Below are positions 1 to 13,493 of a stretch of DNA of 64,000 nucleotides, one piece after another. The stretch lies in NCBI GenBank assembly GCA_964035545.1, contig OZ037770.1:13940642-14004641 (forward strand). Direction: 5' to 3'. This stretch comes from Bugula neritina. Lineage: Eukaryota; Animalia; Bryozoa. The stretch's first letter is position 1. Each line of letters begins with the position of its first letter. The notes under the pieces were generated by a model. It was not told where the DNA came from. It did no database searches and was given only the letters and a program-made list of their open reading frames with translations. A program made the position numbers and the translations under genes.

Positions 1-98
1 TGTAAATTCTAACTCTTATGAGAACGTAATCTCTCTGGCTAGACATTGCATAACTTCTCCATAACTGCAATTATCTCTACAGATAGTACTGTCTTTAC

Positions 99-1278
99 CT
101 TGATGAACTGCTTAAGTTGGAAGTGACTAGCAAAATTCTTTAGGTAGTCCAACATCATACTTTGAGGAATAAAAGACTCTCTGATGTCTGAGGGAAGAGG
201 AAAATCTGGGTGCCCTACCATCTCCTTCGTATTGTTAGCCCTGGCAGAGTAGTAAGTAATTCTCATAATAATTGTGTTTGTATAGTATATATACAAGGTG
301 ACGCAAATTATGTAACAGTAGCCATGCTTAAATTTTGTTTAAATTTTATAGGTTTGTTAAGTCAGGTTATCATTTGAAATCCGCAAGTGTCAGGATGCAA
401 TGCATTTTGGGTTTACTAAACCAGAATTCTCTCAGTTGAAACATAATTATTTTATAAGAAGTGATATATAAACATCTTTTCTGGCATAATCTAGCACTAT
501 TTAAAGAGTTTACGATTTGGAGGACATCTTTAAATTCAATTACCACTATAAACCAGCCAATCAGGTGCAAGAGACTGTTCTATAAAATACACTCATTTGT
601 GGTTTGTAAAATGCAAATGACAGTCTTGCACCAATAAACATATTATAATATATTTAATTGACAGGGACATAATTATTGCAGCAATATTATTGCAATTAAC
701 TCAATTTTTTGCATTAGATAGTCTCACAATACATGTCATTGACCTTGATGGTTTGTCAAATCGGCTAGACATGTATTTAGAGAGCTGATTCATTATTTAA
801 CTGTGTTTTTCCTGTATTTTACAATGCTTATAAAGTTATTGTATTAGTTTAGTTACATAAGCTATTATACTTATGTCCAGTTGAAGTACTGGAATGTAAC
901 TAACTTTTATGAGTTATATGAAATTAGAATTAGTTTTGCTTAAATTAAAAAACCAAGTCATTGTGGTAACATAGGGAGTAAAATCAACCAAAACTACTTT
1001 ACATAAAAAAACAACCTACTAAAATACAGAAGCTTTGCACAGTAGCATACAATATACAAGGCTCCAACAAGATGCTAACCTAATCAAAATTGATAACATG
1101 TTTACCTCAATGAATCAAACATAGGTGTATGTTTGTAAGGATCTCTATTCACCCAGATACCTCCAACTCTGTCACTAATCTCGTAGGCTGTGATGTTTAA
1201 CTCATCCTTGTACTCACTGAGTGACTTTATAGTGGCCAGGCCAGCTGGTCCGGCTCCGATTACTACTACTTCTTTCAT
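99..1278 (-). CDS. Flavin-containing monooxygenase, copy A (first two coding exons; 3' part lies outside the window)
   Basis: Exons 1278-1106 (MKEVVVIGAGPAGL, FAD-binding GxGxxG; GGIW) and 240-99 (RANNTKEMVGHPDFP). GT-AG boundaries; exon lengths (173, 142 nt) are identical to copy B. Confidence 0.93.
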
Positions 1279-2816
1279 GGTCCAAACTTGAAGGAAGAGT
1301 GCAATACTGTGTAACGAACGCACAAGTTGTCTACTACTACTCACTGATGGTAAATGTTTAGGTTTGTAATCTAGCAACTTGTTTATTATAGGAGTGTATG
1401 CATATCGAATATAATCAGTCAACTGAGACGATTTTTATGGGCTCAAATTAGTCACGCATGACTTCACTGATGATTGGCAGATGCTTTAAAAAGCAAGAAT
1501 GTTGTCGAGTGTCGAAATAATACGCTTGCATAGCTGAATTCACTAGTTTCGGTTTCTTTTTATGTTTATCAGACAACATTTCATGGAACACATATTGTTA
1601 GCTGTGTGTGTGCTGCGCTTTACTGAAGTCTAAACTCTAAACCATCTTCCATCCTACTATATGCTTCAATACTAATGTTTCGTGCCCATCCATAGCCTAA
1701 AATATGACTTTGGCTATTTATTATAACTTCATATAGTATCATGACAAATTGATTAATCAAATGCACGTGAAGTATCAATGCCAATGACTGACCCGTTGAA
1801 ACAGATGAGGGGAAATCATTCTAACAGCTTTTTTCTAACTTTAGCCAGTTTTATTGGCTTATTCAAGACCATAACGTTGTAAATTACTTAATATTTTGGT
1901 TGCAAAATTCACATAGCTCAAAACACACATTTTAAAATCCAAGTAAAATTCATTTACATAGATGCCCTTCTAGAGTTGGCGTAACACTGACACATATTCA
2001 AGAAAATTTATTGTAATAAATAATTAACAGAAAAACTATTATTTTAAATAGCAAAAGAATAGAACAAGGTACAGAGCTATAGTGCAACCAAATATCAAAA
2101 ATTTATATAAAAGTTGAAAATAATACTTTGGCAACAACTAGTAGTTACAAAATAAAGCGAATAAAAAATTATTTCCAGTTTTGAGGATTATATTATGTAT
2201 GTAATATATACTAATAATGCTAAAACTATTGTCTTACAAATATAAACTAAAGTAACAACTTCATTGTTAGACATTTTAAACCCGAGAAATTTTCTTTACA
2301 AAATAAAAAAGCTGACATCAAAACAGAAAAAAGTTAGTATTGGTATTTTTGACACAGGCACTCCGATAGATGCAAAAATTATTACTCAATACTTATAAGC
2401 TAAAATAATTCTAAATGTCTTTGCCTAAACATTCAAGGGAAAATTATAGCTTTAGTTAGGCTACATGTTACTTATGGCTAAGCATACTTAGAAATATTAG
2501 CAGCTATTCCTAACAGTCCTACACAAAATTTATTTTCCTGGGACAAATGTGTTTCACTATAAGTAGCATTTTGTTATAACAAACATCAACATAACTACCA
2601 CTACTTCCTTTTCGGTCATTATTTTACAGTCACTCAGTTTCACTTTGACAAGTTTTTTAGCTCAGCGATAACTCATATAAGGTTTTATAGTGTTATATAT
2701 TAATATAATTATTTTGCGTTTTAGTATAATAGTTATAATAGTTAAAACATGTACCAGCATAAAGCATTGCCTTTACAAGTAGTTGTATATCTAAATTCAA
2801 AGGTCTATACTTTAAA

Positions 2817-5800
2817 CTATTTCGAAAATATTTCATCTTCATAAATGACTTTGTAGTTTTCTTCATCAACAATTTTATAGATAGAGGTTTTAAATTTATA
2901 AAAACATTTCAATGCATTGCCGAAAGTTCGTTGATGAATCGCTTCAGTAACCTTTGACCTGGGTAGCTGCTTGCCACTTTGCTGCATCATTGTGTCCATG
3001 TAGTCAGCGCCACACGACAGGTGGAAGTATTTGGGCCTCCGACCGAGATCTGTTACACATTCTTTAAATTTCTCTTCGTACTCTCGCTGCATTTCCTACA
3101 AAAAATTTTAAAAAAATTCATTTTCTTGAAAAACATCTTTTACTTTTTGGCTAAAAACGCTTTTGATTAAAATAAAAAATTGATTTAAATAAAAAAGTTT
3201 TATAAGCTAGACCCTGGAAAATTCAAAATAAAACACTTTTTAACAACTAATTTGGATGGCACAAACTTTTCAAAAATTGAATACTATCAGTTTTATAGTG
3301 AAACAGATGCTCAGCCAAAGGTACTTCAGCAAATGCATGACTCATGCATGCAGAAAATCTACTATAGAACAAAATATACGTTTTAGCATACTACATTTAA
3401 GTTTGAAATATTAAATACTACATGTTAAATGTAATGTGTTGTAAAAACCTCTGTCCCACCAGGATTCTAAACTCAGACTTCTAACTTGCAAACTAGCTAC
3501 TGTTACACTATAGGGGAACAACAACACCACATGTGTCAAGAAGTCTTTCAACTATTGCATGATAAAGTTTGTAGAATTTGCATTCTCAATGATACTTCCA
3601 AACTCTTCTAAATTAGCATACCTCACGGCAGACTGATGGGATTTTTTCTGCAATAAGGGCTGCTGCCAAATCCGCTTGAACGCAGAACCTTCTAAATATT
3701 CGCCCAAACTTGTTAAGTCCAATATAGTAGAGACTCGGGTGTTCTATATCCACCATCATTCTGTAGATGTTGGTCACATGATCATCTTTTACAACTGGTC
3801 TACAGTTCTCACTCAGGAAGGAAAAATCATATCTGAAACAAAATATATTACCACTGTGTACATGCTATCCTGAAAACTATAATTTGTCTTTATTATAAGC
3901 TTTTCCAATATTCAACATTTTGACAAGCTTTGACTGTTTGTAGCAAAATAGCTTTATTTGAGTTCTTATGCTATGGTGAGGTTGGTATGTGTTTTAAAAT
4001 GTTCAACTTTCCCAATAATCACTTAGTGTTTATACTAAAGCTAAGGGGATTATTGCAGGAAAATCCTATATAAACAATCAGTATTATATTCACAGAGACA
4101 ATCACGTAGTGGTTAGAATGAAATAATTGAAGACATGTATGCAGGTAATACAATACCAATTAACTCCTATATAAACGTCTAAATTGCATTTAAATTGTCA
4201 CTAAAATTATACTGCTGCACATTAATAAAACTCATGTTTATAGTCAGTTTATAGTCACTATCCCTGTGAGAAAAGCCCTGCTGGAAGGGATTTTGTTGAA
4301 TCGGGCTAAGGACTTATTCAGATGGGACACCTGAGCAATTATAACTGGATGCTCTTCCTAACACCACCGCTGGCCTTTGTCAGGGTGCTTACTAAGCAAA
4401 TGCTCTGACAGTCTAACCCCTAGGGCCTAGACCATGGCTTCTCTCTTCCTACGCATTAATATTATTAAATAAACAAAATTAGATGGCTCTGTTTTAGTGA
4501 GTCTGAAATATTATAACATTATAACCTGTATCCAGTTGCCAGGAGAACAATATCAGCTTGTACAACTCTACCATCAGTAAATATGATGTCATCACCATCT
4601 AGTCTAGCCACGTCTGGAACATATTCAGAGTTTCCTGGTAAAGGAACTTTGATGTTCTCATTGTGATGACTCAAATATATCTGTAAATAATATCAAAACT
4701 ATAATAAAACACTTAAACATTCAAGTAAACGAACAAGAATATCTTATTTTGATTAAAACAATTGTAAATAATAGTTTATACCTTACCTTTTTAGCGACAG
4801 AATGAATTTCAGTAAATATATCTAGACCAGAAAATCCAGCACCCACCAACACTACTGTCTTCCCAACATAGTGTGATGAGTTTTGAAAATAGCGACTGTG
4901 AATTATCTCCCCTGTAAACGTCTGCATGCCGGCTAAATCGGGAATATACATCTTTGATTCATGTCTAAAATTGTAGTTGTTTACAAATGTAAGAAAATTG
5001 TGATGAAAAACTAGGATTACCATGTTTCTCAGCGATTGAGCAATATGTCAATATTTTATCTCCTAAATGAGAGAATTAAATTGCTTACACAATTTTTGTC
5101 TCTTATTTGAAATTATGTGTGTGCGTGTGTGTGCTCATGATGAGCGTGTGCGTGCGTGTATATATATAATACTACATTATATAATTAACTATATACCCAG
5201 TTGCTACTAGAACAGCATCACATTTCTTGTTAGTAACAGCTCCAGTTTCTTCATTTCTCACCATCACATTCCATTTCTCTACTCCGTTTACAGATGATAG
5301 TATGTCTACATTCAGTACTGTGTGACGGAACTAAAATAGAGTATCCCAGTATATGTACGAACAATACAGTCTTTGAAAAGTATTTATTTCTGTACCATTT
5401 CAATACACACCTGGATATAATCATATAGGTTAAAGTGTTTAGTGTAACTTTCTATGTAGTCCAGGATCATATTCTGGGGTAGAAACGACTCTTTTATGTC
5501 CTCAGGGAAAGGAAACTCCGGGTATGCCAAAATCTCCTTCGGAAGATTAGCTCTATTATTATAGGCAGATGTGTAATATATATAATATATATCATAGTAG
5601 AAGATTAGCTCTATTAGTGTAGGCAGATGTGTAATATATATAATATATATCATAGTAGAGGATTAGCTCTATTAGTGTAGGCAGATGTGTAATATATATA
5701 ATATATATCATAATAGTTGATTAGGTATATATTAGTATAAGCACATATACAATATATATGCAGTAATATATATTATAAGATTTGACTTCTTACAATGTAA

Positions 5801-6627
5801 AAAACTTATACATATATATATATATATTGATTCATTTTCATTGTTGTAAATGAAAATATGAGTATATTCTCTCCAGTCCAGCTACTCAGTTGAGTTACGT
5901 AACAGATACATGTATGTTCAGAAATTAATTGTAAAGTGGTTATGATAGAAAGTGTAGTACCTTATATTTAATATAGCAATAGTAATATAACATATTGTGT
6001 AGTTACTGAAGTACAAAGATTTTACTAATGAATCGCTACAGTATATAATCCAAATAGGTCTATCTCTGAGCACGAAAAGACAAATCCTAGTAACAATAAA
6101 AGCATGGGAATCCATATAGAAATAAGATAAAAGTATTATAATAAGCAGGTGGTATCAAACTGCATACTTAAATGTCGTAACATCTTTGATTATAAATATT
6201 CTTGAAATTCTGTAATATGTTAATGTTAGAAATTAAACTTTTCAAACTAGTTGCTGCATGTTAGGAAAAAAAATCTTCATATAACATCTTCTATATAACG
6301 AAACATAATGTCTTTAGACCATGAAATTCAATATTTTAATTTATGCTACGGACTGTAAAGACTAGTCAACTGAACTAGTTGTCAAAGCAGGTTATAATTT
6401 CATTATCAATAACACCATGACAGTATACATGCAATACTAACATTAAAACCTTACTTCAAACTGTCGTACATAGGTGTCTGTCTGTATGAATCTCTGTTCA
6501 CCCAGATACCTCCAACTTTGTTACTAATCTCGTAGGCTGTGATATTTAACTCATCTTTGTACTCACTGAGCGACCTTATAGAGGCCAGGCCAGCTGGTCC
6601 GGCCCCAATTACTACTACTTCTTTCAT
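2817..6627 (-). CDS. Flavin-containing monooxygenase, copy B, complete (423 aa; short soluble-type FMO)
   Basis: Exons 6627-6455, 5552-5411, 5330-5197, 4964-4787, 4680-4526, 3832-3622, 3095-2817 sum to 1272 nt, open. Motifs: GAGPAG (FAD), VATG, FTGEIIHSRYF (FMO FxGxxxHxxxY/F signature), GAGFSG (NADPH), LATGY. No C-terminal membrane anchor seen. Confidence 0.95.
3453..3518 (-). repeat. Degenerate tRNA-like repeat, family 2
   Basis: Reverse complement shows ...TATAGTGTAAC...TTGCAAG..., similar to copies at 18441, 32362, 39299 and 44184. Confidence 0.5.
4228..4449 (-). mobile_element. tRNA-derived SINE, family 1
   Basis: Shares the tRNA-like head, the GGTGTTAGGAAGAGCATCCAGT core, AATAAGTCCTTAGCCC and the GACTATAAAC tail with other copies. 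Confidence 0.8.
5542..5712. repeat. 58-bp tandem repeat x3 spanning the exon 2 splice acceptor of FMO copy B
   Basis: Units start at 5542, 5600 and 5658 (GA(A/G)GATTAGCTCTATTA...GGCAGATGTGTAATATATATAATATATATCATA). Confidence 0.9.
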
Positions 6628-8385
6628 GGTCTAAGTTGAACAGATATGGCTGAAAATGTTAATGTGAATACAACTGTCTAAGTTGGTAAGTGTAGTTAGT
6701 AAATGACAAGTAATTGCGATTTTTATAGGATGAGTTTTGAAAAACTGAATGCAATGGCACTGATGAAGTTTAGTAAAATGTGCTTTCAGGTTATTGTTTT
6801 ATACACCTTGAAAGGAATGAAGACAATTATGGCAATGTACATGGTCCATTATGGTTATAGGAATTTGCTCCAAAAACTAAGAAGGCTCATCACAGTTTTC
6901 CTGATATTTTGTTAAAAATATCATATGAATAATGAAGGCCAAGTTGAGCTTACTAATAACTCCAGAGATGACCAGATGCAGCACAAACCTCGGGGTCACT
7001 GAGTGCAGTATTTGCGTACACATCGTATTTTATGGTCTTAGCTTGAAAGCCAAAATTGAGGAATTCCTCAACTAATGCACTCCGAATCGTGCTGCATCAA
7101 GCGATTTCCATTACATTTACTATATATTTATTTTAAAATACCAAGTTTAATAGTAAATTACTATTTTGCTATTGCCATAAATGACAAATTCATTATCTTT
7201 AAAGCTAGTGGTATTAATAACTAGGTAATACTCAAATTGGCTATATTCATATTATTTATAATATGGATATCATGATCATTATGATTATGATTATGATATC
7301 AGTGCGAGTGTCGATATTTAAAGTAAGCTCAAGCCTCAAGTAGTGTAACTACTAACTAATATTACTATTTAGAGTAATTGGATTAGTGTTATTCTTAGTA
7401 GTATCGTTAATAGCAACATTAGGTGTAATGGTAATATCAATATGACAATATAAAAGTGAATATCAATACCAACATGAATATCATTTTGATACTTACCGCA
7501 TCGATAACAACGGCTATTTTATGGATTGCTAGATACAACACAAAGTTTGGGAGGCTATTGAAAGCAGTTTCCGTACACGTATTGTCTAACTGCGAACCAC
7601 AGCACTCCGTGGTCGCAAACTTTGTGCTGCTTCAAGCGATTCTGACAAGAAAAACATAAAGTCAAATATCAATATGGCAATAATTATGACTATAAATATG
7701 AACTCCTATGATGATAGCTATACTAGGACTTTGTTTGACATTTAACTTCTTTTTTGGTGTTGGCTATCTTCGCTTGCTACGTTAGTTCATGAATCAATAA
7801 TAAATAACATTATTATGATTAATAAATGTTGTATCTGAGCTTTAAACTTGATAACATTGAGTTGTCTTTCCTTGCACAGGGAGCACAACTGCAGTTTGTG
7901 TAAGTCTAGCTACAGTAATAAATAATAATATACACGTGCATGTACGTATAGAGGAGGTGTAATCCTTATATATAATATAGAAGGTGTGGCTTTCATGTTG
8001 GCTATATGAATAATATAACACATACATACAATACATAGCTGTGTGCTTTTGAACAGTGGAATAGAGTGTGTATTGAGAGAGATTGCATTAAAAATTATTA
8101 ACTGAATATTGTTGTCGGCTGAAATAATTTAGGAACCATGGCCATGAAGTATACATTATAATGAATAAATTGCTCTTTATTAGTTTATAGATTATTCAAT
8201 TCATAATTTTAAATCTGAAACACTTTGCACAGAAGACTAGATTATCAGGATGGCAATCAGGTAGCAATATCCATGAGTACTGGAATAACACTTGCCTTGA
8301 ATAATGAAGTTTGCGTTACAAACCATTTAAGTGCAATAGTGCAGAAATTTTAATAGCCTATGTTCTATAAGCTTTAAGTCTCTTG

Positions 8386-8539
<154 letters not shown>

Positions 8540-11427
8540 ATTTAATTTGATAATTCCGGAGTAGTTTTGGTTGCTTGTGAATAATTCTTCAATAATTAGT
8601 TGCTGCTGCCTGTTTCATAACTGCTTATATAGCAGTCATAACCAGTATAGGTTGCACTCTACTAACCGTGATAGTAATTGCAATCAGGACAGGTTGTGAT
8701 AATTATCTTCTCTTGCTGCTTCTGGTTGTTACTGCATTTGTTAAATGAGTAAGCTTCTGCATTTATCTCAATGTGGCTGACCAGTAATTGTGTAGAAGCA
8801 GCATGCTGCAACTAGAATATAAAAAATCCTCCATATACAGTTAATGATGGCTATTAATGTCACACAGTATCTAGTAATACTTATGTTCGAAGGTTTCTTT
8901 ATCTAGAAGTTTTCTAGGCTTGACCTCTACAAACCTTCACTGTTGTCATCATACAAAGTATTTTATTTTTTAACCATGCACCCTTTGACAAGTGACTAAG
9001 CCTTTGTACTCTAAGAAAAATATCTAAATTACTGAGACTGCCCGGTACCCGTAATAGTAAAAGACGCGACATCAATAATTACAGTATAGCTAAAAATTCC
9101 CCCCACCAATATTTTATAGTTGACCTCTGTTTGGGTAAGTTTATTACAAACTTGAAGCCCTGCTTCTCTGCACCAGTAAGCAGATGATTGATGACAAATA
9201 GCAACATGCTTTGAATAGACTATTTAGACAAGTTGAACAAGCTTATATCCTATTGCATATAATGCTATTATAATTTAAGCGTGGGTGAATAGAGTTTGGT
9301 GTCACAATGATTATTAAAAGCCACTGCATCCTAAGATAGGTAGCTAGTGTTTTTTTACTAAGAAAGCTTGCTATAAAACTACTATGAATAAGCCTGTAAA
9401 AGCCTCTGAAAGACTTTTAGGAGACAGTGAAATACCTTTGAGGTTAGGAAAGCATGAAGACACTTACAGAGATTGGAAAAATCTCTTGCCATTTCGAAAG
9501 ACTTCAGAGTAAGTCCTAATCTTTCAATATGGTAATTTTTGTCATTGCAAGCTATAAGTTGAAGTGTAAACTGGTTCCTATATAAATGACTAATGTGTAA
9601 AATGTATATAACCTATACACAATATTTTAGCAAGTGAATAAGATAAACCATCATGAACAACTGCAAATTTTATAACGTCAAAGTACTTACTAAAACAGAA
9701 AACTAAAAAAATTTGTGTAATCAAATCTGCTTTTTTTCAAACTCTGCCCTGTTGATACATGCAGCTGCACCATAAACATTTCAGATAATTCTTATCATTT
9801 TCTTTTATAGCTAAGATATTTTGCTTTTTGTTTCACAATTAAATATTCTTAATCTTGAACCAGCCGAAAAAAAGGGTTTTTGTATGCATAATATGCTGCT
9901 GTAGTGATAACTTTCCACTAAATATAACATTTTATATAGGTATAAGAGAATACTGCATGTAAGCTGATTTTGCAAAAACATATTATAGAATACCAGGTAT
10001 GCTATACTCGCTGTTTGTTGCTGTAATTTAGTCAGACAATATTTTGCTATCACTATGACAACTTCTTGTAAATTTAGTTGTTTGTTTCAGAGATTCCAAA
10101 GAACTGCCTTTGATTTCTGCTGGACTCTTCAGTTACATCACTGCTCATTGGGCAACTAATTATATGTATGAGGCCTACAGGAAGGGGTTCACAAAGAAGA
10201 GTTTGTTTGACACACACTGGACAGATTCTTCCGAATACAACTGTCACAGGTGAATAATTAATTATTTCACAAATTTTCTCAAAACAAATTCAAACTCAAA
10301 TACAAACTATATAAAAATTTACTAAAAACTATTTTTAAACTAAAAACGGTTATTGACAATTTTCTCAAGGCCTATAATGCTAGCATAAAGCTATGCTTTG
10401 AGCACATGTAAACTGTTCCTAAAGTTTAGGTGTTCTTTTAATTTTTTGAAATTTAGGTGACATTTTGTTCATGAATACTGGAAAATGAAGATTTTACCGC
10501 GAATTTGTAAAAAGTTTATTATATGTATAACAAAAGTTGATCTGTGATAAATGTGAAAATGGAGCGCCTATGAATGGTTTTAAAATTACTTCTAAATTTG
10601 CCTAGAATCTGAACCACATACAATTAGCTAGTTTTCCCATCTTCTGACACGCTCCATGGTAAAAGTTCTAATGTAGAAAAAGGTAGTTAAAATGTGGGGA
10701 TTCATTGTTGCTGTTTCAACACTATCTGTATGCATTTGTAAAACTAGCTGTTTAGTGGTTAGAAATTGGTCTAACTTTGGACATGTATGTTAGCCCATAA
10801 CAGCTCATGTGGAATATCTGGTCCTCAAACTATGTTACTAGCATGGAAAAAGCAATTGTCTTTAGCCTACTTAAACACTAACCATGCAAAGTTTGCCATT
10901 TTGCCTTTACAATAACCTTCTAATATTATGTACTCAAAGTTAGCTTTGTGAAGTTTGCAATATCTATCAGACCAGACTGTTTTTTAGACAGACTGAGGCC
11001 ACTTAATAACCAAAAATCTATAAGTATAATTTTACAATATTTAATTTTCTTATATAATGAAAGTATCAATAGTTGCTGATAAAATACTAGATCAGAGATA
11101 GACTTTGTAATTGTAGATCACAGAGGCCCATAGTATAAATGCTTGCCACTTGTCAAAGATGCAGTTCAAACGCAAACATTGTGTTCAAGCGTTTAGCTCA
11201 ACTAAGTAAAAAATTGCTTGAGAAATACCTGAACCTATCTTAATGTTATCTTAAATAATTATTCACCAAGAATCTTTTTAGAGCTTGTTGTTCAAGTAGA
11301 TATATAATTTTATCATGCAAGAGTGAATTTATTGGAATCTGTTAGCAGCAACAATTCCTAACCTGATCCAACTGGCAATGATAAATAACTATTGATACTG
11401 CTATATGATATAGCAAACTTAGCTTGT

Positions 11428-11537
11428 AAAAGAGCATCCAGTCATAATTGCTCTTGCATGTCCCACATATGAATAAGTCCCTAGCACACTCAAACACCCT
11501 TTCTATCAGGGGTTCTCACAGGGATAGTGGCTGTATA
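11428..11537 (+). mobile_element. SINE family 1, 5'-truncated
   Basis: GAGCATCCAGTCATAATTGCTC...AATAAGTCCCTAGC...TTCTCACAGGGATAGTG. Confidence 0.75.
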
Positions 11538-13297
11538 TTAACTAAACAATCAGATATGCCGACCGAATGCAATTATATTCTTTACTATTAAGTCTTATAA
11601 CAAGATTTTAATCTTAATTATTCTCAATTACTCTCAATTATTCAAGTTGTTTTGATTTAAACAATAACTAAAAGCGAAGTGACCATTTAAGGTGTCATCT
11701 TTATTGTGTGTTAGTCTATAGTTATGCATAGAATAAATGTCTCTCTTATCTGCCAAAGTGATCAGCCGATTGAGTCTGACACACTAAGCTGTGACTATGA
11801 TTTTCTAGATTTGAAAAGTTATGGTTAGAGGAGCTTTCAAAGCATGGCAAGAGAAAGGCTTCAGTAGCCCGTGCTGTATTCAAGATGGTTTGGACAAAAG
11901 TTCTCATTGCATCCTTGTCATATGTAGTTATAACGCTTTTGGCTATTCTGGGACCAGTGAGTTTGTACTATACTTTTAAAGCTATGTTTGCAATGTAAAA
12001 GATTGAACGCACCTGATGAACCTTTAGCTTTATCAAATTTTAGAAGAAAACTTTAATTTTATTTTTATTTAAGTAAACATAGTACCATACTGTTGCTTGC
12101 ATGTTGTTTTTTGGGTTGTTTTTCATTTTAGCTAAATCTGTTTGACTTAATTCAAATAGACAAAAACTATGTTTGCTCTATGGTTTAAGGTAGTAAATAA
12201 TTTTGCTCTCGACTCCATGATAAGTCACTGTTTAAAGGGAAAAGATGAAAGGCCAGTAAATATTTGCAGGGTTAAAATCTTCACCATGATTTTTGAATGT
12301 GAATGATTCAGCTTTTGCCAACATAATTTTGTTTGCTTCAGTGAACACCAATAGCATGAGCAGTTATAGATGCGAGTTGACCATAAGTCTAGTACTGCAT
12401 GTGCACAGCTTTTTAAATATTATCTGCAAATTTTGTTGAAATGTCAAGCTCTTCATCAACTAATTGCTAGAAAGCATAAGCCAAGTTTTTAAATACGATT
12501 ATAGTTTCAATAACTCAAGTTTCCAACAGCATATATATTCAATAATATGATGTAAATTATACTAACTGTCATAACTGTAAAAGAACAATAATTAATCATT
12601 AATGCAGAAATTGCCTCTAAAATGTCAACTGTATTGTAGTCAAGAAGTAAGAGTATTATTTCTGCGAAAACTAGAGCCATACTTATAATGAGCTGTTTAA
12701 CCAATTACTAATTATACTTGGTAGCAAAATTTAAAAATAAATTTATTTGCAACGGTAAATAGCAAGCAAAATTTAGAAATAAGGTTAAAGTTATTATATA
12801 AATGCAGCATTGTTCATGATAGGTGTATGCATTGTGACTGCCATTTCCCCTCTTAGGTTTAAAACTCATCTTACAGCAATTAATTGGTGTCTGCTATGCT
12901 AGCAGTGCAAAAAGCATATCAAACATCCAATAGAGGTCATGGTATAGTGAAATAACACGCTTCAGCTACATGTCAAATTCATTGTACTCTTTGCATACAT
13001 GCATTGACATATAAAAAATAAAAAATATTTGCATTAAATTTTGTCTCCTCTACTTGCAGGCAGTACCTCTAAAAATATTGACAGACTCATTGTCATTACC
13101 AGAAAGAGAAAGACCAGGGAAACTTTATCTTATAGAAATGGCCGCCCTGCTAGTAGTCTGCCAGCTGATCATAGCCTTGACCCAGACATCTTTTAGACCA
13201 ATAATGATGACAAGAGAAGGTGCCATTCTAAAGTCATGCTCAAATTATGAGACCACTCATTAACAATTTATTTTTTGCTGGGGATTCATATTTTGCT

Positions 13298-13493
13298 CAG
13301 TATTTATAAAGTGAAATAGGAAAATATACACATCAATGGAAAGCTAATTATGTTTTCTACAAGAGTCTTTTAAAAAGTTACTTGACTTTAATATTTTAAT
13401 TCAATTTATAGGAGTCAAAATAGTGGCAGTAAAGAACATAGCTTTCCATTGATCTGCATAATATTTTTTTATATTACACTCTATAAATAACTG
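13298..13493. repeat. Imperfect palindrome, probable MITE relic
   Basis: ATCAATGGAAAGCTA (13332-13346) is the exact reverse complement of 13439-13453; outer arms CAGTATTTATAAAGTG / CACTCTATAAATAACTG also match imperfectly. Confidence 0.55.

Noticed and set aside
5542-5712. CRISPR-like array
   Set aside because: Contiguous near-identical units without unique spacers, in a spliceosomal-intron context with no cas genes.
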